Of a stretch of 64,000 nt of DNA, positions 1 through 8,793 are shown in pieces; within the stretch, counting starts at the first letter, position 1, and each line of letters begins with the position of its first letter. The position numbers and the translations under genes are program-made. The stretch spans positions 4,876,862 to 4,940,861 of the forward strand of contig SMSO01000025.1 in assembly GCA_004764695.1 (NCBI GenBank), in the 5' to 3' direction. The DNA comes from Schizochytrium sp. TIO01. Its lineage: Eukaryota > Protista > Bigyra: Labyrinthulomycetes. Below the pieces are notes generated by a model, which saw only the letters and a program-made list of their open reading frames with translations, searched no databases and was not told the origin of the DNA.

Positions 1-2
1 AA

Positions 3-275
3 GAATGGGCAAATTTAACTTGCTGGCTCCGGCAGCAATGCCCGTGCCTTACTGAAATTGATGGCATAGCACAAGAGCAAGAATTTAAACATACACTAAA
101 TATCGAGGATCTTAACTTAAACGCAACTGAGAGCATAATGGTGCAAGATAAGGCTTCTTGTAGCTGCTTGGAAGGAAATCCATGTGCAGTTGAATACAAT
201 TGCAAAGATTGGGCAAATCGCTTTGAGGTTGCAAAACATGCTCGTGCAGAGCTGGGATATCAAACCACTAAGTAA
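3..275 (+). CDS. 3' end of a gene truncated by the window edge; probable leucine-rich-repeat protein with a Cys-rich C-terminal motif
   Basis: Manual translation from nt 3 is open to TAA at 273-275: EWANLTCWLRQQCPCLTEIDG...KASCSCLEGNPCAVEYNCKDWANRFEVAKHARAELGYQTTK*. PCLTEIDG resembles the LRRcap PxLxxLDG motif. Absent from the ORF track because its start lies outside the window. Confidence 0.65.
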   Translation, partial: EWANLTCWLRQQCPCLTEIDGIAQEQEFKHTLNIEDLNLNATESIMVQDKASCSCLEGNPCAVEYNCKDWANRFEVAKHARAELGYQTTK

Positions 276-752
276 GAGTAGATAGTCCTGTTCAGCTAGG
301 ATCTCTCTCTATTTAATTCATTTTAGATACATACCCAATGTTTGGATATAGAAAAACAATATTTCAGAAGCACAATGTTGGGGAAATTGCACAACTTAAG
401 AAAGAAGGAGCACACAATTTTATCTTTTTGAAAGTGAATGACAAAAATCATTAAAAGGACTTTAGACAATCAAAATTCTCTAAGGAAATAGAAGGAGATG
501 GATCAAAGTCTGGCTGTTTCTTGCCTGAGTGTCTTCAATGATCATCACAAGGATGTGGATACTTGCATCATTTGAGCAAGAGTTGGATAAACAGGAACAT
601 CTTTGGGAGTTGGATCAAAAGAATATGTTGAATGATATAGGTTGGTGTATTTTAAGGCAAGCATAGATAGCCTTGAAAGAATACAGCAAAGTTCGGAGCT
701 TGAGTTTGGGGTTAATATAAAGGCAAAAGACATATACTGTAGTGAAGAGGGA

Positions 753-3155
753 TTATTCCTGTTCAGTGACAGATGCAACATAATCGCGAGCCTTGGCCTT
801 GACCTTATCGGCATCTTCCTCGGTACCATGGTCAGTTTCGAAGAGAAGCCAGCGCTTGAAGAAGGTCTTGGTCTTCTTAATTGAAAACTTGGAGGCAACT
901 GCGCGCTCGAAAAGGTTGCGCACACGAGCAGGGTCATTACCATACTTGATCTCAAGATCGATGTATTGAAGCCACAGGTCATTACGTTTCGGGTTTTCAT
1001 CAATGAGGCCCTCGAGGATTGTCCGGGCGCGCTCGCTCTTGCCACCAGACGCAGCCATAGAGAACTCCAGACGAGCATAGCCAAGGTATAGCTTGGGGCG
1101 AACTTGTTTCTCAACGTTGCGCTGAGCATTCTTGAGTAGCTCCTGAGCAGCACTAGGTTCATTTGCCTTAAACTTGAGCTCCATGCGACGCAGCCACGGA
1201 GCCTCGGAGGATCCATGAGCAGCCTTAACAGCCTTTCGCAATGCGTCATCCGCCTTATCAAGATCCTCGTTCTCCTCAAACACCTTGGCGATCTCGAGGT
1301 AGGCAACGTCCTTGTCCATACGCTCAAGAATTTGCTTAATACAAGCTTCAACAGTTTTGTTGGAGCCATGTTTGCATTCAATTCGCAAAAGCGCAAGCAA
1401 AACGTTCTGTTTCTCTTTCTCCATGCGGTAGTTGATCGTACGAAGAGCACGCTCTGCTACAGCACGAGCCTGGTCAAGTTCAACTTGAGCAGTCTGGAAG
1501 GCCATGTACTGGATCCACAGCATCGATGAGTTCGGAGAACCCATAAGCAGACGCTCAAAGTCATCCACGGATTGAGGAACGCCCTCTTCTTCCAGTTTGG
1601 CCTGCTCCAATGCAGAAAGTTTTGCTTCCTCCATGGCACGCTCGTGAGCCTTGCGCTTTGCTTCAGCACGTTTAGCCTTTTTACGCTCCTTCTTTTGTGC
1701 GGTTGTCTCGTCACCATCACTATCTTCGTCGCTACTGTCTTCGTCTTCATCCTCCTCCTCTTCGCTATCATCATCATCCTCGAGGGTGCTCGAGGATTTG
1801 GCAGCAACAGCCCATTCCTTGGCACCATCCTGCGTTTGTTGAATCGCGTCAGCAAGGGAGAGAGGGCCATCCTCATCCTCGTCCTCTTCATCCTCCTCAT
1901 CGTCGTCAGCTTCATCATCCTCGCCAGACTCTTCTTCCTCGTCCTCTTCCTCATCCTCGTCACTAGATGCCTCGCCATCTTCTTTCTCAGGTTCGGCGTC
2001 CTCGTCGTCATCCTCATCATCGTCATCCTCATCATCGTCTGAGCTGTCATCCTCAAATCGTTTAAGAATCTTCTCGGTATCATCACCGACGTTTTCCATC
2101 TCTGCGTCGCTGTCGCTGTCACTGTCACTGTTGTCTTCATCGTCACTGTCAGCGCCTTCAGCGTTGGCCAGAACGGACGGCTTCAGACTCAAGCCAATGC
2201 GCTTCTTTTCTGCGTCAACAGAGATGACGACAACCTTGACCTTGTCACCCTTGCTAAAGAGTTTATCAAAATTAGCAAGAATCTTGCCATCTGCCATCTG
2301 GGATTTGTGGACGAGACCGCTTAAACGAGCTGTGCCATCAAGGCGCACGAAGACGCCAAAGTCGGTAACAGAGGAGATCTGGCCACGCATCGCTGTGTTC
2401 TCCTTAAGGTCTTCGATGTTGATAGCGTCCGGGTCCTTGCCAAGAACGGATGTCGCACGCAAAGAAAGCACAACCTTACGCTTTGAGGAATCAGCAGCCA
2501 GTACACGGCCAGCTACGAGCTTACCGATGGGGAATTCCTTAGCAGCATCCTTGATAAATCGATCAGCAAGGTGCTTGAGAGGCACAATTGCAAGAATTCC
2601 GCGCTTGATCCGCACAAATACACCAACTTTGTTGACTGTTTCTACAAAGCCTTTAACAAGCTCGCCAGGTTGAGGGTACTCTGAGGCGAGTGAGAGCTCT
2701 TGGTCCGCGATCTGGGCTGCTGTGCTCTGGTCCGAGGTACTAGCCTGATCCAAAAGCGACGGGCGGATAGAGATGTCCACAACATCACCATCACGAGAGT
2801 TTTCAACTTGACGAAGCACAATGCATCGCAAGAACTGACCAGGGTAAAGGTCCTTGAAAGGCTGCGACTTCCAGTCTTCAACGTCCTCGACTTCGGTGAG
2901 TGAGAGACGTGCAAAATGCTTGGGAAGAACACGGAGTTTAAGTTGAGAACTTGTAGCAATCTCAGCAGGATCTTCGTGACGATCGATGCGGCCCACGAGG
3001 ATTGTGCCGGGCTTCAAGGCCTCGCGCCAAGACTTGTCAGAGTCGCCTTTGACAGAGTTCTCGCCATCACCGTTTTCTTGGCGGGACTTCTTCTTCGACT
3101 TTTGCGCAGACGCGGCTTCAGCGGTCTGCCGCCTCTTCACACTCTGTTCCACCAT
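753..3155 (-). CDS. RRP5: rRNA biogenesis protein Rrp5/PDCD11, C-terminal half only (about 3 S1 domains, acidic linker, HAT/TPR repeats)
   Basis: S1 motifs (GELVKGFVETVNKVGVFV, GQISSVTDFGVFV), a long D/E tract, then the Rrp5 HAT signature PQSVDDFERLLMGSPNSSMLWIQYMAF...ERALRTINYRMEKEKQNV and FFKRWLLFE. First in-frame ATG is at 3155 (gacatcATGG); the frame stays open upstream to a TAA at 3207-3209. Confidence 0.93.
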   Translation of the reverse strand: MVEQSVKRRQTAEAASAQKSKKKSRQENGDGENSVKGDSDKSWREALKPGTILVGRIDRHEDPAEIATSSQLKLRVLPKHFARLSLTEVEDVEDWKSQPFKDLYPGQFLRCIVLRQVENSRDGDVVDISIRPSLLDQASTSDQSTAAQIADQELSLASEYPQPGELVKGFVETVNKVGVFVRIKRGILAIVPLKHLADRFIKDAAKEFPIGKLVAGRVLAADSSKRKVVLSLRATSVLGKDPDAINIEDLKENTAMRGQISSVTDFGVFVRLDGTARLSGLVHKSQMADGKILANFDKLFSKGDKVKVVVISVDAEKKRIGLSLKPSVLANAEGADSDDEDNSDSDSDSDAEMENVGDDTEKILKRFEDDSSDDDEDDDDEDDDEDAEPEKEDGEASSDEDEEEDEEEESGEDDEADDDEEDEEDEDEDGPLSLADAIQQTQDGAKEWAVAAKSSSTLEDDDDSEEEEDEDEDSSDEDSDGDETTAQKKERKKAKRAEAKRKAHERAMEEAKLSALEQAKLEEEGVPQSVDDFERLLMGSPNSSMLWIQYMAFQTAQVELDQARAVAERALRTINYRMEKEKQNVLLALLRIECKHGSNKTVEACIKQILERMDKDVAYLEIAKVFEENEDLDKADDALRKAVKAAHGSSEAPWLRRMELKFKANEPSAAQELLKNAQRNVEKQVRPKLYLGYARLEFSMAASGGKSERARTILEGLIDENPKRNDLWLQYIDLEIKYGNDPARVRNLFERAVASKFSIKKTKTFFKRWLLFETDHGTEEDADKVKAKARDYVASVTEQE

Positions 3156-6100
3156 GATGTCAACCTCGTGCGAGCTGTCAATCTCCACACGGAGTTCTGC
3201 TTTCGATTATTCTACATGCACAGACGAGTTGAGACAACCAATACCAACCAGCCAAACAAAATAAGAAGAACAAGTAGTACTAATAAGAAGACGAGAGAGA
3301 CTAATTCGAATACCTAGTAGTAATTACTGGCTACTACTCTTTTACTCATACTAGGGAGGTAGGTAAGTAGATACTACTTAACTGAGTTGAACTTGAAGCA
3401 AACGAAGAGGTCAAGCTATGAATCATCATCAATCAGTTAATGCATATTAGCAACTTGAAGCAATTCCCATCATTCAATCGTTTACACCCTTACAACCTAC
3501 TGGGTACCTAGTTTTGTATGGTTCAACATCACATAAGAATGAAGCATTCAACACTGTTGAACCAACCAAAAGGCAAGCTCACCATTATCACCACTCACTG
3601 ATATCAATCAACTCAAAGGTCATACATAGAAACTGAGGGGTCTAAGTTTAGAGCAATAGAACGATGCTATTAAGTAGGTATAGGTAGTAGGGTATCTACT
3701 ATCTGGACTTGCTAGCAGTAGCATAATGCCCTTTTGTTGTCTGGTCTAAGGGACAAGAACGACATGATCCACCCTCACAAGTCAGGAGCTACTCCTATTA
3801 ATAGTTTTATTTTGGATGTCACTCAAACCAAAGCTAACACACATGATCGACAGATAGAGAGTAGGAATAAGTAAATAGTAGACCTCCCCACTGCCTCATC
3901 AGTTTATTCATCCAGGACTCTTGAAGCAAAGAGCTTTTTGTGTTGCTTTTCCATACATTCATATATATGTGACATTGTCTTGAATGTTCAAACTTAGCAA
4001 CGTCGTGTATCCTCCTCATAGGTAGACTCTAGAAATCTTATATTCTTTATTTCCAAATGTCAACTTAGCTAAATGAGATCGATTGTCTTTTATAAGAAAA
4101 TAGAATTCATGAACTAAGAACTAGCGTTTAAACTTGTGCAGCTAAGTTTTAAAGCCATCTCAGCATAAAGACGTTTTTCGATATATGAACTTATTTGAGC
4201 CCAACGAAACGGTGAGGAGTGGTGCGTATTTACGAAATGGTTTCCTATTTATTGTAGTATTCAAGATAGAATAAGAAAGCCTCTTTCATGAGGTGGTTAC
4301 CACACTATTAAGTTCCAGGATGTAATCCGCTTTGCTAGTCCTATATCATTTTATAAAATAGTGAAACTTAATGTATGTTAGTGTGAGTCCACCCACACGA
4401 CTGCTTGCCCCCTTGCCTGCTTTAACAGATAAAGCTATTTGAGAATACAACAATTGTGTCCAATTGCCAAATAAAGAACGCAGAGACAAGGATGCAAAAG
4501 AGAACGCATCTAAGAGCTTTTCATTTGCTTTTGCTTTTGCTTTTGCTTTTCACCAAAGTGAGGTAGAAGACCGGCATCTTGGTGGTGGGCATCGACCAAC
4601 ACTCTCTGGGTGCCAACTCTTTCTCTTCTTTCACTTTTCTTCAGGATATCTATAAAAACAATACAAAATCGCCTCAAGCCAAACAAACAAATGAATTGCG
4701 TCACTTTCGTGACACCTCTACTTCATATCACTGAAACCATCAAATCTCAACAGTTTCACAGAGAGGCGTACAAATTGCAAGAATGTTTTAATTTCTACTG
4801 TACGGTGGAAACTAAAAGTGAATATGACGGACGTCTACAATTTTCCGTCGGTGTCACGGCATGTCTGCGCGGTTAATATTTGCAGGCCGAAATCTTGTAT
4901 ATTCACGCTCAGAGTGTCTTGGGTTGAGAGATTTCGAGACGCAGTCAAGGATAAAGAAGGGCGACAAAACCCCACCCGATCAAACAAAAAGCTCGTGCAA
5001 AAGAATCACAATTCACATTCTGAAAATGCAACACGCAGCTATACTAGTCTATGACAAATCTAGGACCTTCAAATGAAAGGGGAGAAGGCCTATGTGTACT
5101 GTACCGATGTGCAACAGAGCCCTTTTAACATCTTTTTGTAGCTCAAGGAAGGTTTTATGCACACGTTTATACTTCATACAACATAAGAACATAAGAAGTT
5201 CGAGTAAGACAAGCAAGCAGACGTCACATGTTAGTTACACCAAGCACTTTTCTTCACTTTTGATCTCCTTTTATCGTTCGAAATGATACATGAACTTTAA
5301 TATGTCGTGTTATTGTTATTACCTATCCAGGAAAGAGGTAATCTATTTTCTCGTTAACATTCCGAGTCGTTACGTACTTACCTATGTAGATATATACCTA
5401 CCTACCTACCAAGTAAATGTTAGCGATAAGAGAGGGATTAGTTTCCGCATCTTCTCGCACTTCCGAACTTCCTAGGAGGAAGAAACAAAAAATTAATGAA
5501 ACACCGTCACTATGCAACTAATCAGATACCTACGGTACGAAGTGGGGGTTAAGATCCGACTTGAAGACTCACACGGGACAAGATGAACCCAGATCGCAAC
5601 GAATAATCTGACTTACAACCAGTATAGAGTCGTAAATTGTGTTGCTGTCTATTCATTTGCATACCTACCTGGTCTTTTGAGCAATTATTGAGTTTCCCCA
5701 AATAAGTGATTGTTTTGCTTCAGCTTTTTTTATTTCCCAGGTGTGCTAGATGATTTTAGCTCATTCCTTGTAACTTGAACTAGTGAGTGAGTCTCCCCCA
5801 TCCACTACTGGTACTTTAAAAAGGAAAAAATAACAATAATAAATAAATATATATAAATCAATTGCGCCCAAGAGCTCGAGGCACCAGGACGTTTTGAGAT
5901 ACGATATCAGATAGCAAAGGAATTCTGACTGAAACACTCTGTTCCCGGATTGTGCGATTATCACTCACTTTGAATAAAACATCTGACTATGCTATTTGAA
6001 GCTATTCACTCCAACAAATGGCCATTCTTAGCGAGTCTTTTTTTCAAATAAACTGCAAGAGTCCGATTGCGACAACTCACTATCATGGCAGAGTTATTGA

Positions 6101-6998
6101 TAGATGGGAAAACTGGTGATTGAAGAAAGAACAATTCATACGATGGTTTGTTCCTAGCTTGAATTATGAGTGGCTGTGGGATATGAAAGCATAGGTACCA
6201 CAAATGAAGAATGGAGAAAACGTCAGAATCAATATACCCATTTTCATAAGTCCATCATTATTGGAATTTGGGAAAACAATGGCCAAAGGAACACCATCGC
6301 TGCCTTTCGTGGTTCATGTTCGAAAAAAAATGTTCTGTTTGCTCGAAGCAACATACCTACTACAATATAGCTATCATGATTTGTGACGCCGAGGCTCTAC
6401 ATAGGGAGATATTAGTACCTACTACTTCCGAGGTCCTCGGTAGAGAAGGCAAGTGGCTGGCCAAAGTGCGTGCTACGGAGTAGACTGGAGATGTTAACGC
6501 TGTACAGAGTCAGCCCATTCTAGAAAACAGCAGTGACTGTAACTAACGCATCCGCATTTAGGCACTAGGTTAAAAGTAGGTGGGGTGTTGCTTTTCACGA
6601 GCTTAAAGTGCCAATTATTTATAAATAGTAGGTTAGTATACCTACATGGTCAGACACTACTACTAGAGTCGCATTGATAAATACTAGGGAAAGGTGAGTT
6701 ACTTCCAATTGCGGGACAGTGCAATTTCCCGTGCATATCAGTTCAACTGCAAGCAGAAATCGTCTATTAAGTGCAACCAGAGAAACAAACAACCAACCGG
6801 GCAACTACACAAGCTATGTACGTCCACCTCAAGCTGAGCAAGCCTTGAAGCTTGGAGCAGTAAACCCGAAAAGCGAGGATTCTCTTTTGCGGCAGCACTG
6901 CTATTTGTTTGGTAACTGGCTTCGGTACCCAAGGCTACAAGCAAGCAACAAACAAGTAGTTCACTGGACACCGTTGCAGAGGAAAACCCAAATTGAAA

Positions 6999-8633
6999 AT
7001 GCTGCAGGAACAGGGAGACAACAACAAAGACATTGAAACAGAGCAATTGTCAGAGCTGGGTGTACCAAACTCATCTAGCTCAAAAGAGGCTAACCACTTT
7101 CAGAATCGGGAAACCCCACACGAGGAAAATGCCTTTGAACCAGGCGCTATTGCCTCTGCTGGGATGGTTGATCCGGAGGTAGTTCTAGCACCAGAGCCAT
7201 CTATTCCAAAGGAGGTATCCGAAGAGCCACGGCACATCCACAATCTTTACGCAACCGTCTATAGTTTCAATCTTTTCACAATCACGGATGGAGCTGTGCG
7301 TCTTATTGTTCTCCTACATGCAGCATCGCTTGGTTTTACTCCAATCCAAATAGCATTTATGTTCACATTCTACGAACTAGCAGGTGTTGTGACCAACCTT
7401 TTTGGTGGACTCATCGGAGTGAGATATGGTCTCAAGTTTGCTTTATTTATCGGCATAGGCACACAATTGGTAGGTCTCGTTCTTCTTTTGGTTACGACAG
7501 TAATTTTCCCTGGACTCAATGACGCGTCCATCGACAGTGATGTACGCCTCCGAGTAACTGTATGGATTACATTTTGTCAAATGCTCTCTGGAGTGGCCAA
7601 GGATTTTGTAAAGCTTGCTTGCAAAAGCGTACCTAAACTTGTAACCAAGGAAGGAGCAGATGATGCCTTGTTCCGCCTAGTAGTAATGGTGACCGGATGG
7701 AAAAACTCATTTAAAGGCTTTGGCACATTGCTCGGCGCTATTTTAGTCGAGTTCATCGGATTCGAACCTGCAGTTGGTACCCTTCTTGGTATCATTGGCA
7801 TTATTATCCCCGTGCCTCTCATTCTTATGGATCGTGATATTGGTAGAGGGTCGAAGAAAGCTGGGAGCTTTTCATGGAAAGCGTTTCAAGCTACCTGGAA
7901 TGTTAATGTGCTTTCGCTTGCACGGGTTTTTCTATTTGGTTCTCGAGACGTGTGGTTTGAGATTGCGGCTCCAATCTTTCTCCGTGGAATTTTGGGGTGG
8001 CCAGAATTCACCGTTGGCTTGTTCATGGGAGCATACATAATGATATATGGACAACTGCAGACTGCTACTGGAAAACTTTATAAAAAGAAGAAGAAGGAGC
8101 AAACCACACCAGAAACTTTTAACCCTACCCTAACTTCCAGCGATAGCAATGGTCCATCAAGTTGCTGCCAAGCGAACTTTCAAGGTCCGCCATCAGAGAA
8201 ACATGTTCCTATTTGGGCGTATGTTACAACGGTTTTTGTGGTCATTTGGGGAGTTGTTCTCTACCCTCTCTATCACAAGTATGAACTTGCAGGTTTCGAA
8301 TCAACACGATGGCAGTGGGCTGTGGGTGGCACATTACTAGCTGGATTGGTAATCTTTGCGAGTCTTTTTGCTGTGAATTCTGCTGTGCATTCGTATCTCA
8401 TTGTTCTGTATGCTGAGGGCAACAAGTTGACGATTACAGTTGGCACATACTATAGTGCGAATGCACTGGGACGACTTGTGGGCACAATTCTCTCTGGTGT
8501 AATTTATCAATACACTGAGCAAGACTATGGTTTGAGCGTTTGTCTGTGGGTGGCAGCAGTTTTTATGCTGTTAGCTGGTCTGATTGCTACAAAACTTCAA
8601 CCGCACCAACCTCTTTCTGCTTCTATCGCATGA
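6999..8633 (+). CDS. arsJ: ArsJ-family organoarsenical efflux MFS transporter
   Basis: Multi-pass membrane protein with ArsJ motifs in order: FTITDGAVRLIVLLH, FYELAGVVTNLFGG, SGVAKDFVK, TGWKNSFKGFG, ARVFLFGSRDVWF, FAVNSAVHSYLI, VGTYYSANALGRLVGTILSG. ATG is at 6999; the track starts at an upstream TTG. Confidence 0.9.
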   Translation: MLQEQGDNNKDIETEQLSELGVPNSSSSKEANHFQNRETPHEENAFEPGAIASAGMVDPEVVLAPEPSIPKEVSEEPRHIHNLYATVYSFNLFTITDGAVRLIVLLHAASLGFTPIQIAFMFTFYELAGVVTNLFGGLIGVRYGLKFALFIGIGTQLVGLVLLLVTTVIFPGLNDASIDSDVRLRVTVWITFCQMLSGVAKDFVKLACKSVPKLVTKEGADDALFRLVVMVTGWKNSFKGFGTLLGAILVEFIGFEPAVGTLLGIIGIIIPVPLILMDRDIGRGSKKAGSFSWKAFQATWNVNVLSLARVFLFGSRDVWFEIAAPIFLRGILGWPEFTVGLFMGAYIMIYGQLQTATGKLYKKKKKEQTTPETFNPTLTSSDSNGPSSCCQANFQGPPSEKHVPIWAYVTTVFVVIWGVVLYPLYHKYELAGFESTRWQWAVGGTLLAGLVIFASLFAVNSAVHSYLIVLYAEGNKLTITVGTYYSANALGRLVGTILSGVIYQYTEQDYGLSVCLWVAAVFMLLAGLIATKLQPHQPLSASIA

Positions 8634-8793
8634 ATGTGGAAAGTGTATTTTCCATGATTTTTTCTCAACTAATGATACCATTATTGACACACTGTTTGAA
8701 TGGAATTAATTTTTAGAACATTAATCTAGCATGTCTCAAGCACGTAGTATCTTTGCATGCATGTCTTTTCCGTATCATGCATTATTTTTACAA

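Noticed and set aside
545-3317. Long alternative-frame and antisense ORFs over RRP5 (e.g. 545-1450, 1457-2146, 1572-2042, 2131-2673)
   Set aside because: Shadows of a codon-biased gene and its acidic repeat tract; no independent motifs.
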